Positions 29,184 through 39,747 of a stretch of 64,000 bases of DNA are shown in pieces (the stretch's first letter is position 1; every line of letters starts with the position of its first letter). The notes under the pieces are model-generated. The model had not been told where the DNA came from, did not search any database, and worked only from the letters and a program-made list of their open reading frames with translations. A program made the translations under genes and the position numbers. The stretch is from the sequence record SRR31156797_315. One strand, given 5' to 3'.

Positions 29184-30914
29184 TTATTCGTAAAGTTTTT
29201 GCTCACTTATTTTTTTGTCAAGAAATTCTGATGCTTCCTGGCCTGTATCTTTAGCTTTTTGCCAGTATTCCAGTGCTTCTTCTTTGCGGTCTAGTTTATA
29301 AAGGATATCACCGTAGTGCTCCAACAAAACGGCACCATCTTCCTCCGGATGATCCAGCGCTTTTTTCACCCATTCAGCGGCAGCTTCATATTCACCGAGT
29401 TTATAAAGCACCCAGCCATAGGTATCCATAAACGACGGACTGTTTGGCTCAATATCATTGGCACGTTTTGCCATTTCACCGGCTTTTTCAAGGTTTTCTC
29501 CCCGCAACGAAAGGTAATAGCTGTAGTTGTTTAAAACATAGGCATCCATGGGGTTCATTTTGAGGGCCAAATCATAGTACTCATCTGATTTTTCATGATC
29601 TTCGAGCTGATTGCAGATGTCGCCAAGTGTACTGTAAAATTGTGCTTTAAGCCTGTCGTTGCCCACCACCAGATTCGATCCGGTTTCGAGGGACTTTTTG
29701 GCGTCCTCGTATTTTTTTTGCTGATAATTGGCAAACCCGTTAAATAAATAGGGGAGTGGTTGCATAGGGAACAACACCGAAGCAGTTGTGCTCGTTTCGG
29801 CCAGCTCCTCATTTAAGCCCAATTCATTTTCGATGAACAGTTTTTGTTCCCAAATACCATAATTGCTTTCATCAATTTGGAGCACCTGGCTGATGATTTC
29901 AAGTGACTTTTCCAATTCGCCGGAGCGATACAGCAAATCACCGTAGAGTGACATCGACCTGGGATCGCCCGGATGGGCTTCGTTCAGGATTTTAGCCAAC
30001 TCAATGGCCTGGTCTTTTTTCTCATTAAATAACTGGTCGAAGGTGTAATAGGTGATCAGAATCTGGATTTTAGAATCCAGGTTAAGCTCCGGATTGGCAA
30101 AGCCGAGCTTCAGTTCCTCATGTGCTTTTATATCATCTCCTTTTTTGCGGTATAGATCCGAAAGGGAGATATGAATGTAAGGATCATCCGGTTCCAGCTC
30201 AACTACTTTGTTGTACATATCCAGGGCCTTATCGAAATTGCCATTTTCAACATAAAACTCAGCGAGTATTTGCAGATAGCGAGTGTTGTCAGGGTACCTT
30301 TCAACAAGCGCTTCTACCTCAGCCATGGCTTTGCGTGGTTTGCCCATGTTGGCATACAATGACCTTTTCTTAAGGGAGATATCTTCGGAGATCCCGATAA
30401 CGGATTGTATCTCATCATATATTTCAATGGCGGCTTTGGGTTCTCCCATGATGATGTATATCCCGGCAAGATCGTAACGGTAATCCAGTTTATCCGGAAA
30501 TGTTTCGATCATTTTCTGAAATACTTCAGCCACTTTTTCAAACTGTCTGTTTTGCCTGTAGAGATCAGCTAACAGCAAGTAGTACCATTCGTTTTGATTG
30601 TCGATTTCAAGGGCTTTTTCAACCAGTAAAATTGCATCATCCGCCCTGCCTTGTTGTTTGTAGAGTCTGGCAAGTTCATACATCGATGGTGCATGGTCGG
30701 GGTAAATTTTCAGTGCCTTTCTGAATTGTTCTTCTGCTTCATCCCAGTTCTCCAGAATTTTCTGCTTATTACCTTCAATAAAAGCTGATTTCAATTCTTT
30801 CTCCTGAAATTCATTGAGTTCATTAGAACCGTTCTGTGCCTTAAGCGGCGTGGTGGAAAATAACAGGCCAATGCATGCAACAAAAAGTATAGACGCTATT
30901 TTTTGAATTCTCAT
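29184..30914 (-). CDS. Tetratricopeptide-repeat secreted protein
   Basis: Multiple TPR motifs, VLNNYSYYLS, FMDTYGWVLY and LLEHYGDIL; start moved to MRIQK. Confidence 0.87.
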   Translation of the reverse strand: MRIQKIASILFVACIGLLFSTTPLKAQNGSNELNEFQEKELKSAFIEGNKQKILENWDEAEEQFRKALKIYPDHAPSMYELARLYKQQGRADDAILLVEKALEIDNQNEWYYLLLADLYRQNRQFEKVAEVFQKMIETFPDKLDYRYDLAGIYIIMGEPKAAIEIYDEIQSVIGISEDISLKKRSLYANMGKPRKAMAEVEALVERYPDNTRYLQILAEFYVENGNFDKALDMYNKVVELEPDDPYIHISLSDLYRKKGDDIKAHEELKLGFANPELNLDSKIQILITYYTFDQLFNEKKDQAIELAKILNEAHPGDPRSMSLYGDLLYRSGELEKSLEIISQVLQIDESNYGIWEQKLFIENELGLNEELAETSTTASVLFPMQPLPYLFNGFANYQQKKYEDAKKSLETGSNLVVGNDRLKAQFYSTLGDICNQLEDHEKSDEYYDLALKMNPMDAYVLNNYSYYLSLRGENLEKAGEMAKRANDIEPNSPSFMDTYGWVLYKLGEYEAAAEWVKKALDHPEEDGAVLLEHYGDILYKLDRKEEALEYWQKAKDTGQEASEFLDKKISEQKLYE

Positions 30915-31002
30915 CTTATTATTTTTCAATATTTTACTGCAGATTAACATACAGCACAGGGATAAAATTGTTCGTTGCTATGAAAAGTAAGTTTTGATCA
31001 AT

Positions 31003-31437
31003 TTATTTTGTTCCGGTGTGGCCAAATCCACCTGCGCCACGTTCGGTTTCTTCAAGTTGTTCCACCTCAATCCAATCGGCCTGTTCAACTTTTGAGATCA
31101 CCATCTGGGCTATTCGCTCGCCGTCCGCAATCTCCACATCTTCCTTCGATAAATTGATGACGATGATCTTGATTTCACCGCGATAGTCGGCATCAATAGT
31201 GCCGGGTGCGTTTACCAGCGAAATCCCCTTTTTTATGGCCAGTCCGCTGCGGGGCCTTATCTGTGCTTCAAACCCTACGGGTAGTTCAATAAATAGCCCG
31301 GTTGGGATCAGTGTCCGTTCCAGGGAAGATAATTTTTGCGGCTTGTTAAGATTGGCCCTCAAATCCATTCCTGCCGAAGCGCTGGTTTCGTAAGCCGGCA
31401 GCTTATGATGAGATTTATTTACGATTCGTACTTTCAT
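31003..31437 (-). CDS. dut: dUTP diphosphatase
   Basis: [29 protein letters not shown] and [10 protein letters not shown]. Confidence 0.97.
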   Translation of the reverse strand: MKVRIVNKSHHKLPAYETSASAGMDLRANLNKPQKLSSLERTLIPTGLFIELPVGFEAQIRPRSGLAIKKGISLVNAPGTIDADYRGEIKIIVINLSKEDVEIADGERIAQMVISKVEQADWIEVEQLEETERGAGGFGHTGTK

Positions 31438-31462
31438 TTTAGTCCGTTTTCTAAAAGGGGTG

Positions 31463-31470
31463 CAAAAGTA
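31463..31470 (-). promoter_or_regulatory. -7 promoter element for the dut operon
   Basis: Minus strand TACTTTTG(CAC), 25 nt upstream of the ATG. Confidence 0.6.
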
Positions 31471-31545
31471 CCAAAAATTGTGCTGGAATTTGTCAGCTGA
31501 TGTAAGTTCCTGAATAATATTGAGTTAAAAGGGGGTGGCTTACTA

Positions 31546-33036
31546 TTACTTTCTAAGCATTGGAATAAAGTGTTTTCGTTCCAGGATAAAAACAGTCATC
31601 AGGTAAGTCCCGATCAATAAAGTTGACAATATGTAATTAGCGAATCCCTCTTCAAGGGCAATAAAATGAGAAACGAAAAATAAAATGGCTGCGAATCCAA
31701 GGTAGAAAAGAATTTTTCTGATGCTGTAGGGAACCGGAAAGTGCTTTCTTCCCAAAAAGTAGGATACGGTCATCATGATAAAATAGGCTGAGAATGAAGC
31801 CCAGGCAGAACCAAAATAACCGATTTTGGGAATGAGAACAATGTTAAGCAGAACTGTTACTACAGCCCCAAGTACTGATAGTCCGGCACCGTAAATGGTT
31901 TTGTTGGTGAGTTTATACCAGAATGAGAGGTTATAAAAAATGCCCAGAAAAAGGTTTCCCATCAGCAGGATCGGGATCACCGCCCGCCCGGCACGATAAT
32001 CTTCACCAATAAACCCGATCACAAAATCGAGATAAAGCGTGGTAGCCAGGAAAATTAACGAAGTAATAATGGTAAAATACTTGAGCACATCAGCGTAGAT
32101 CTTTCGGGAATCTGATTTGCCGGCTTCCGAGAAGAAAAATGGATCGGCTGCATATCTGAAGGTTTGCACAAATAGAGTCATGATGATCGACACTTTGTAG
32201 CAGGCACCGTAAATCCCCACCTGCGACATGATCTCTTCTTCGGTTTCTCCGGGAAGCAGGTTTGCCAATAGAATTTTATCCATCGACAGGTTGATTGACC
32301 CGGCAATGGCTACAATCATCAGCGGCCACGTGTAGGCCAGCATGCGTCTCCATATGTTTAAATCGAACACCAGTTTTTTAATCCAAACTTCCGGAATGAG
32401 CAAGATGAGTGTGACAGCACTGGCAATGAGGTTTGAAATGAAAATATACCCAACCAGATCTCCCGGATTGAAGAATGTGGCGATCAAACTGCTGATTGCT
32501 GAATCAGGCTGTGTTTGGAGCAGGTATGGACAAAGCAGGATAAAGAACAGGTTAAAACCGATATTTAGGCCAATGTTGATCAGTTTGATGACTGCAAACC
32601 TGACAGGCCTGTTTTGCTGTCGAAGCCTGGCAAATGGAATAGCAGCGATAGCATCGAAGGTGAGGATCAATCCAAAATAAACAACATAGTGCGTATTGTT
32701 TGCGTAGCCCAGCCATTGAGCTATGGGTCCGGAATTTCCCAATACCAGTGCCAGAAATATGATTGACGTACTGACAAGGGATAAAAGTGATGTGCTGTAT
32801 ACTCTTTCACCGTTTTTTTCGGATTCCGAAAACCTGAAAAATGTAGTTTCCATGCCATAAGTGAGGATGACCCACAAAATGGAAACCCAGGCGTACATTT
32901 CGGTATAAATTCCATAATCCGAAGTGATGAGGACGCGTGTGTAAAGCGGCACCAACAGGTAGTTGAGCAACCTGCCTACTATACTGCTCAGCCCGTAAAT
33001 AGCTGTTTGACCGGCCAGTCGTTTGAGTGGGTTCAA
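31546..33036 (-). CDS. Oligosaccharide flippase / polysaccharide biosynthesis membrane protein (MOP superfamily)
   Basis: Many TM segments; LKRLAGQTAIYGLSSIVGR, YGMETTFFRF and FRYAADPFFF. TTG at 33036 preferred because TACTTTTG overlaps the ORF-track start. Confidence 0.85.
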   Translation of the reverse strand: MNPLKRLAGQTAIYGLSSIVGRLLNYLLVPLYTRVLITSDYGIYTEMYAWVSILWVILTYGMETTFFRFSESEKNGERVYSTSLLSLVSTSIIFLALVLGNSGPIAQWLGYANNTHYVVYFGLILTFDAIAAIPFARLRQQNRPVRFAVIKLINIGLNIGFNLFFILLCPYLLQTQPDSAISSLIATFFNPGDLVGYIFISNLIASAVTLILLIPEVWIKKLVFDLNIWRRMLAYTWPLMIVAIAGSINLSMDKILLANLLPGETEEEIMSQVGIYGACYKVSIIMTLFVQTFRYAADPFFFSEAGKSDSRKIYADVLKYFTIITSLIFLATTLYLDFVIGFIGEDYRAGRAVIPILLMGNLFLGIFYNLSFWYKLTNKTIYGAGLSVLGAVVTVLLNIVLIPKIGYFGSAWASFSAYFIMMTVSYFLGRKHFPVPYSIRKILFYLGFAAILFFVSHFIALEEGFANYILSTLLIGTYLMTVFILERKHFIPMLRK

Positions 33037-33136
33037 AGTATTGAAATTTGCAGGCAAAAGTAACCAAAATCAATCAGGAGGTGGCGAAAGTATGAAATGA
33101 TTCGGCGCACAAAATGGATGTGGTTTTTATCCGTTC

Positions 33137-33946
33137 ATGATATTAAAATATGATGATATGAAACCATTCAAAATTGCCATTATTCAGTTTGCGCCGGCTT
33201 TCGGTAATGTTAATGAAACCATTTTGAAGATTGAACCATTGTTGTTTCAGGCTGCTGATGCCGACCTGGTTGTGCTACCTGAACTGGCCAATTCCGGCTA
33301 TAATTTCAAAGATTTTGAACAGGCATATGCTTTTTCTGAAAATCCTGATAAGAGCCCCTTTGTGAATTTTTTGGTATCGAAAAGCATCGAATTTGGTTTT
33401 TCAATTGTATCCGGATTCAATGAAAGGAGTGAGGACAAAATCTTCAATTCAGCGCTACTGATTAATGAATCGGGGATTGTCGGGAAATACCGGAAAATAC
33501 AGCTCTTCATGAACGAAAAAGATTATTTCCTGCCCGGTGATCAAAAACCTGAAATCTTTGATGTGAATGGGGTAAAAATTGGCATACTCATTTGTTTCGA
33601 TTGGGTTTTCCCGGAGTTGTGGAATGGTTTGGCCCGAAAAGGTGCCGATATCCTTTGTCACCCCTCCAACCTGGTTTTACCTGGGAAAGCCCAAAAAGCC
33701 ATTCCAGTGTGGGCCATGACCAACCGGGTTTTTATTGCTACGGCCAACCGAACCGGAACAGAAAAAAATCTCACTTTTACAGGGAACAGCATAATGGCTG
33801 CACCCTCTGGTGAAGTTTTGGTTTCCGGGTTGCCTGATAAAACCCAGGTGTTGATGGCATCCTGTGATATTTCATTGGCGCGCTATAAGATGATTACACC
33901 AAGAAATCACATTTTTGAAGATCGTCGCCTGGAGTTTTATGGATAA
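33137..33946 (+). CDS. Carbon-nitrogen hydrolase (nitrilase superfamily)
   Basis: E-K-C triad motifs VLPELA, YRK and ICFDW; ANRTG. Confidence 0.9.
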   Translation: MILKYDDMKPFKIAIIQFAPAFGNVNETILKIEPLLFQAADADLVVLPELANSGYNFKDFEQAYAFSENPDKSPFVNFLVSKSIEFGFSIVSGFNERSEDKIFNSALLINESGIVGKYRKIQLFMNEKDYFLPGDQKPEIFDVNGVKIGILICFDWVFPELWNGLARKGADILCHPSNLVLPGKAQKAIPVWAMTNRVFIATANRTGTEKNLTFTGNSIMAAPSGEVLVSGLPDKTQVLMASCDISLARYKMITPRNHIFEDRRLEFYG

Positions 33947-34021
33947 AACTGTAAATGTTTCCTGCTGCAAACTGATTCATTCATTTGGTAAATTGAATGT
34001 TAATATTCTTTAAATTTTCAA

Positions 34022-34029
34022 TACATTTG
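34022..34029 (+). promoter_or_regulatory. -7 promoter element
   Basis: TACATTTG 39 nt upstream of the ATG at 34069. Confidence 0.5.
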
Positions 34030-34068
34030 AAGCCGAAAAAATGAATGTCTAACTAACTAAACTACAAA

Positions 34069-36810
34069 ATGAAAAACTTTACTCAATTCAACTCAAAAAA
34101 CCTGGTTTTACTTGTTTTATTGATCATTGCCTTTTCAGCTTCCTTCATTCTCCGACATACAGAAAGCAAATCCGAAAAAAGGGAGAAATACGAAACGTTC
34201 CTTCACGAAAAAGCTGCTGATATGGAGCTTCCATCTGATGAGGATCTCACTGAAATGCCAAAACCCACTCATCCTGACAAGGCCAAATTGCAGGATTTTT
34301 TCATGACGCACGATCCTGAAACCGGCATTGTTCCCAAAGAAAGGTTGATGCAGGCATACGTGGATGTTAAAAATAATGCTTCATTTAAAGCCACATCAGA
34401 TGTTGAGCTCGAATGGCAGGGTACCGGTGCAGAAATGGGTGGCCGAACACGCGCCATTATGTGGGACCCCAATGACCCGGAACACAAAAAAGTTTGGGCT
34501 GGTGGCGTTACCGGTGGCCTGTGGTATCGCGAGGATATTACCAACAACAATTCTTTATGGCAGCCGGTGGGAGATTTCTGGAGCTCGCTGAGTATTTCCT
34601 GTATTACTTACGATCCTAATGATCCCATGACTTTTTATGTGGGTACCGGTGAATCTCAGACAGCACTCATCATTTACCGCGAATCATCTGGAATTGGTGA
34701 TGGCATCTGGAAAACATCAGATGGTGGCCAAACCTGGGAATTAATGGAAACAACCCTTGAATTTGAATATGTAAACGATATTGAAATTAGGGATGAGAAC
34801 GGGCAGAGTGTGATTTATGCTGCTGTTGTTTCAGGAATTTACCGGGGTACCGTGCATCAGAGCCAACCTTCGGATGGCCTCTTCCGCTCAACCGATGATG
34901 GAGCAACATGGGAACAGGTGCTGCCTAACATACCCGGCAGTGACCAGCCTTATGCGCCTTCTGATATCGAAATCGGAGCTGACGGACGCATTTATGTGGG
35001 AACCATGCAAAACATAGATGTGGATGGCGGCGCGAATATCCTGTGGTCGGATGATGGGACTGAAGGTTCGTGGACTTTGTTTGACGACTACGTTCAGATT
35101 ATCCAGAACAATGGGCAGTACTACATTCCAGGAAGGGTGATGATCGCATCTGCGCCTTCAGACGAAAATGTTGTTTATGCTGCTATTGCTGCAGGATACC
35201 ACAACAACAATAATGGCTTTAATTATTATCGTGGAAGATATATCATCAAGTCGACCAATAAAGGTGAAAGCTGGATACAGATCAACATTCCGGACAGCGA
35301 CTGGTCCACACTGGCATGGCACGCATTCATTATCAAAGTTTCTCCGGAAGATCCGGATGAAATATTTACGGGCGGCCTCGACCTTTGGAAAACCTCAAAT
35401 GGCGGCAGTAACTGGAGACACATCACCGATTGGGCACTGATGTATTATGGCGGTGGTGATGAATATGTCCACGCCGATCAGCACGCCATCGAGTTCAGGC
35501 CCGGAAATCCCGGTGAACTCATGTGTAGCTGTGATGGAGGTGTTTTCTACACCAACTCAGCATCGAATAACTATCCTGATTTTCAGGAAAAAAATCAGGG
35601 ATACAATACGCTCCAGTTTTATACCTGTGATATAGTCCCTGAGCCCGGAACCCCGCTCTATGTTGGTGGCCTGCAGGACAACGGGACATTGCTTTACCAA
35701 AACCAACCACTTTCGATTAATCATATGATCGATGGTGGCGATGGTGCTTTTTGTTTCTTTGATGATGAGATGGAAGTGCTGATCACCTCTGTGTATTACA
35801 ACGATTACACCGTATTCAACAATTGGAATTATTTCGAGGATTTCGATGATAACAGTGGTATATTTATAAATCCGGCAGATTACGATAAGAAAACCAATAC
35901 CCTTTTTGCCAATCGCGTGGAGTTTGACGGCGGATATGCCAACCAGTTATTCCGGGTAAAAGGTATTCCGTTTGATATCGATACGGATATCGTTCCAATA
36001 CAAACTGATGTTGATGTATATTTCTCACATGTGTTGGCTTCGCCGTATGCACCACAAGGCAAGTCTACGGTATTTCTGGGTACGCAAACCGGACAGGTTT
36101 TTCGCCTGGATGATGCCGAAACCTTCAGTCCTGCAGTTACAGAAATTACGGGTGAAGATTTCCCAATTGCTTATGTTTCGGGTATTGCATTGGGTTCATC
36201 CGAAGATGTGATCATGGTAACTTTTTCAAACTATGGCGTAGAATCGGTGTGGCAAACGGTTGACGGAGGAGAAACCTGGTCCAATGTAGAAAGTAACCTG
36301 CCGGATATGCCCATCCGCTGGGCTCTTTACCATCCTGAAAATGACGAGCAGGTTATGCTGGCAACAGAGTTGGGTGTGTGGACGACAAACCTCGTAAATG
36401 CTCCGGAAGTGGTATGGGTTCAGAATGCGAATGGGCTGGCCAACGTAAGGGTGGATATGCTACAGCTGCGCGAGGTTGACAACACAGTGCTTGCCGCAAC
36501 ACATGGCCGTGGGCTCTTCACCTGTGAGTTCCTGCTCGATCCAACCATTTCGGTTCCTGAAATGCAGGCATCGGATTACTTCACAGTCTATCCAAACCCA
36601 TGTTCAGGTCTTTTAAATATTGATTTGGGAGATGTTGAAACAAACAATGCTGAGATCCTTGTTTTGGATATTTCTGGGAAAGCGGTTTTCCAAAATACAA
36701 TTTCAGGCAGCCAATCACAAGTCGACCTCACTCAATTGCCAAGAGGCAATTATATTTTGAAGTTGAATTTGGATGGAAGCATCTCCTCCAAAAAGATTGT
36801 ACTGGAATAA
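34069..36810 (+). CDS. T9SS-secreted BNR/Asp-box beta-propeller protein
   Basis: Asp-box repeats (KTSDGGQTW, RSTDDGATW, KSTNKGESW, KTSNGGSNW, QTVDGGETW), GGRTRAI, HADQH, GGLQDNGT, AATHGRGLF; CTD VYPNP..GNYILKL..KKIVLE. Confidence 0.85.
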   Translation: MKNFTQFNSKNLVLLVLLIIAFSASFILRHTESKSEKREKYETFLHEKAADMELPSDEDLTEMPKPTHPDKAKLQDFFMTHDPETGIVPKERLMQAYVDVKNNASFKATSDVELEWQGTGAEMGGRTRAIMWDPNDPEHKKVWAGGVTGGLWYREDITNNNSLWQPVGDFWSSLSISCITYDPNDPMTFYVGTGESQTALIIYRESSGIGDGIWKTSDGGQTWELMETTLEFEYVNDIEIRDENGQSVIYAAVVSGIYRGTVHQSQPSDGLFRSTDDGATWEQVLPNIPGSDQPYAPSDIEIGADGRIYVGTMQNIDVDGGANILWSDDGTEGSWTLFDDYVQIIQNNGQYYIPGRVMIASAPSDENVVYAAIAAGYHNNNNGFNYYRGRYIIKSTNKGESWIQINIPDSDWSTLAWHAFIIKVSPEDPDEIFTGGLDLWKTSNGGSNWRHITDWALMYYGGGDEYVHADQHAIEFRPGNPGELMCSCDGGVFYTNSASNNYPDFQEKNQGYNTLQFYTCDIVPEPGTPLYVGGLQDNGTLLYQNQPLSINHMIDGGDGAFCFFDDEMEVLITSVYYNDYTVFNNWNYFEDFDDNSGIFINPADYDKKTNTLFANRVEFDGGYANQLFRVKGIPFDIDTDIVPIQTDVDVYFSHVLASPYAPQGKSTVFLGTQTGQVFRLDDAETFSPAVTEITGEDFPIAYVSGIALGSSEDVIMVTFSNYGVESVWQTVDGGETWSNVESNLPDMPIRWALYHPENDEQVMLATELGVWTTNLVNAPEVVWVQNANGLANVRVDMLQLREVDNTVLAATHGRGLFTCEFLLDPTISVPEMQASDYFTVYPNPCSGLLNIDLGDVETNNAEILVLDISGKAVFQNTISGSQSQVDLTQLPRGNYILKLNLDGSISSKKIVLE

Positions 36811-36840
36811 AGGATCGAAAAGAGATTCGATTAAAAATTC

Positions 36841-36877
36841 AGGCGGCATCACTTTTAAAATGGTGCCGCCTTTTTTA
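36841..36877 (+). terminator. Intrinsic terminator
   Basis: AGGCGGCATCA-loop-TGGTGCCGCCT followed by a T-run. Confidence 0.75.
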
Positions 36878-36902
36878 TTTTGGAAGATAAAATATCTCGA
36901 TT

Positions 36903-36978
36903 GGGTTGCAATCCCTTCCTTTTAGTCAGGGCTGCGAACCCATAGCCGGGTTTGCAGCCCCGAAGGGGATAGCAACCC
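36903..36978. repeat. REP-like nested palindrome
   Basis: GGGTTGCAATCCCTTC...GGGCTGCGAACCC-ATAGCC-GGGTTTGCAGCCC...GAAGGGGATAGCAACCC, a GC-rich island in an AT-rich spacer. Confidence 0.55.
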
Positions 36979-37066
36979 TTACTCTGGTATATCAATAACT
37001 TTCATTCTTTTTAATGATTCATCTGAATCATGAGTGTTTTATTTTATGTTTGTTTTTCAATCCGGC

Positions 37067-38713
37067 TTAATCACACGCCGGAAAAACAATCTGCCCAGGA
37101 TTTGCCAGCTTAATGCTGTATGCCTTTCCGGGGACCAATTCGGTGAGGGTGTTTAAACCACCATCGGGCCAAAGGATGCCACTTCCGTCAACTTCACTTA
37201 CGATGATTAAATCCGAACCCAGTTGGTCGATTAAAATCTGGGAATCAACATTGCAATACACCGGAACTGGTAAAATGCTCCATCCTGCAGGAACATCAAC
37301 CATATCGTTGGCAAGTGTACCGGAGATGGATAATGTTGAAGCATTGTTCATCCTTACACTAAATCCAGTTGATGCCGTCAAAGCCTCAATAGTGTTGATG
37401 TTATAGGCCGGCCAGAAAATATGTGAACCATTCTGGGCAATGATCAGGTCGTCAACAATTGGTTGGATTATATCTTCAAAATCTTGTCCACCGGTATTGA
37501 TGTAGGTTGAAAAACCACCATAGCCCTGTGGAAAGTCAATCTGCTGTTCGGTGATCACGGTTAGTGTTAAGTCATCAGTTGCTGTTGAACATCCTGAAGT
37601 CAGCGCACTGAGGGTTAACATTACCGTTCCGGCCTGCATGTCCTCCTTTCCGGGAGTGTAGGCTGGCGATAAGAGGGTAGGATCATCAAATACGCCATCA
37701 CCTGATGTTTCCCACATTGTTTCCTCCTGATTTGTTACCGTTGGTGTGGGGCTGAAAGTTTCGTTAAAAAGGATAGTTGCATCCCCTCCGGCATCTGCCT
37801 CCGGTGCCGGTGCAAAGCAAATCTGTGCATATTCCTCGAGTACACCTGTACAAGGGGAAATCGGTTGAACAGACACACCAACGAAAATACAACCCTGAGG
37901 ATAATCAAATCCCGGTTCGGGAACATATGTGGTATTGATAGCGTTGGGGTTTTCGAAATATCCACCACCGGTCAACGAAAACCACTGGATGGAGGATTCT
38001 CCGGAAACAGTTGCATCAGAAAATGTGTAATTCTCATCGTAACAAACATTGTGAACCTCGCCACCCAAATCTACCTCAGGGTTGGGCACAAAACAAAGTG
38101 TCATTTCATCCTGGGCATATATTTCGCAAGGATCCTGTCCCTGGGCCAGTGCGATGATCTCAACGCACCCCTGGGCGTAATCCACTGTTGGGCTGGGAAA
38201 ATAGGTTGGGTTTGGAATATTTTCGTTGTTAAATCCACCGCCACCATTTGTGGTTAACCACTGGATGGCTGAATAGTTTAAAACTTCAACATCATTAAAT
38301 GTATAAGAATCGAAATAACAAATCTCGACCAATTCTACATTCAGATCAAGTTTGGGGCTCAATACAAGTGAAACATTAACACAGTCCGTTGCCTGTTCGC
38401 CACCGCCAAAAGCAGTGAGGCAAACTTCAGCATTTTGTGCCGATAAATCGGCTGTTCCGGGAAAATATTGTGTGGAGAGCATACCCGCATCTTCAAAAGT
38501 ACCGTCGCCATTTGTTGTCCACTCAACCGTTTCGTAATTCTGTGCTTCTCCATTGAGTAAAACTTCAATTTCACATGAAGTAAAATCCTCTCCGGCATTG
38601 GCTGTTGGGGTTTGTTGAGCAATGACCGGAAAGCTAAAACTCAGGAATAATAAAATTGTGAAAAACACATTCGGGGAGATATTGTTTTTTGGTTTGTTAT
38701 TGTTTTTGTGCAT
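37067..38713 (-). CDS. Secreted protein with four Cys-containing beta-rich repeats and an uncharacterised C-terminal domain
   Basis: Signal peptide ending VIA-Q; four W(x)2-4G(D/G)GxF..Y.P...D repeats; C-terminal ~160 aa similar to an internal domain of the GH57-like protein; no T9SS CTD. Confidence 0.8.
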   Translation of the reverse strand: MHKNNNKPKNNISPNVFFTILLFLSFSFPVIAQQTPTANAGEDFTSCEIEVLLNGEAQNYETVEWTTNGDGTFEDAGMLSTQYFPGTADLSAQNAEVCLTAFGGGEQATDCVNVSLVLSPKLDLNVELVEICYFDSYTFNDVEVLNYSAIQWLTTNGGGGFNNENIPNPTYFPSPTVDYAQGCVEIIALAQGQDPCEIYAQDEMTLCFVPNPEVDLGGEVHNVCYDENYTFSDATVSGESSIQWFSLTGGGYFENPNAINTTYVPEPGFDYPQGCIFVGVSVQPISPCTGVLEEYAQICFAPAPEADAGGDATILFNETFSPTPTVTNQEETMWETSGDGVFDDPTLLSPAYTPGKEDMQAGTVMLTLSALTSGCSTATDDLTLTVITEQQIDFPQGYGGFSTYINTGGQDFEDIIQPIVDDLIIAQNGSHIFWPAYNINTIEALTASTGFSVRMNNASTLSISGTLANDMVDVPAGWSILPVPVYCNVDSQILIDQLGSDLIIVSEVDGSGILWPDGGLNTLTELVPGKAYSIKLANPGQIVFPACD

Positions 38714-38785
38714 AATTCTATGGGTTTTAAGTAGGTATACTATTAATATGAATTCGGTTTAAAATGATTATAAATAACCTTGCTG

Positions 38786-38793
38786 CAAATATA
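38786..38793 (-). promoter_or_regulatory. -7 promoter element
   Basis: Minus strand TATATTTG(CAG), 72 nt upstream of the ATG at 38713. Confidence 0.5.
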
Positions 38794-39122
38794 GAATTCA
38801 TTTTCAGTTTTCACACCCGGGGAAAATGATCCTGAGAAAAACAGGAGGAACCACCCAGTGTTTTGTGGAAGATAAGATTTGATTTTAGGAATTATGCCGG
38901 TTATCTGTTTTGCTAACTGGCAGAGCTATAAACATTTGTAAAACAAGTAAAAATAAAATGATGTGCTTAATAGAGGGATTTACATATCATTCACTGGATA
39001 TTAATTCTTATCATCAAAACCACAATGAATTCCGGGAAAAAGGATTAAAGTTAAAAAAAGATAAATTATGGGAACAGCAAATAAAAAGCCCGATTACTGA
39101 TCCCGAAAAATGAAACCAGAAC

Positions 39123-39390
39123 CTAATAACCTGAGTTCGATATAAGAAGCGTATGGTTATTTATTTGTATTGAGCAAGTTATCTCTAACATCTTTGTGAA
39201 CAGTTTGTGTTTAGGTGGGTTCCCAGCAATAGCGGGGCAGGCTGTGGCAAAAACAAACCGCACTCACAAAGCGATGCCCGCTTCGCTAGGCAAGCCTTAG
39301 GCAAAAGTCACGATGTTTGCGCAAAAAACAAAAACAATTCTAATAAGACTTAGATTATCATTAAATTGTATTACGAAATCAGGTTGTTAG
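39123..39390. mobile_element. MITE-like non-autonomous element with IS982-like ends
   Basis: Imperfect terminal inverted repeat CTAATAACCTGAGTTCG / CGAAATCAGGTTGTTAG (15/17), internal GC-rich hairpins, no transposase ORF. Confidence 0.5.
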
Positions 39391-39747
39391 CTATCGATTA
39401 AGTTTGAATCAGTTTATAAGCCACCGGGATTCAACCTGATATCATTCCAGATGATTTTATAGATTTCCGGATTCAATCTTTTTTTGGAAATATGCTTTCC
39501 ACTGTTATCCTGCAGCGTTATCTTTACGGTGTACAAATGGTACTTTGTGGTCTTTAATTGAAACAAAATTTGAATATCCCAAAGGAGCTTTGTATTTAGC
39601 AGTGGTAAAGGGTTTTAATTATCTGGTTTTTTTTACAAATAATAAACAAATCGCCGAGTTGCATATTTCGGTGTATGAATTAATATTTAGTTTCGTTCGC
39701 GTTTTCACATACTTGGACTTTTAGTTTTTAAATTTTTTATCATGTAA

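Noticed and set aside
38910-39113. 67-aa ORF next to the MITE-like element as a transposase remnant
   Set aside because: No DDE or HUH motifs; lies outside the inverted repeats.
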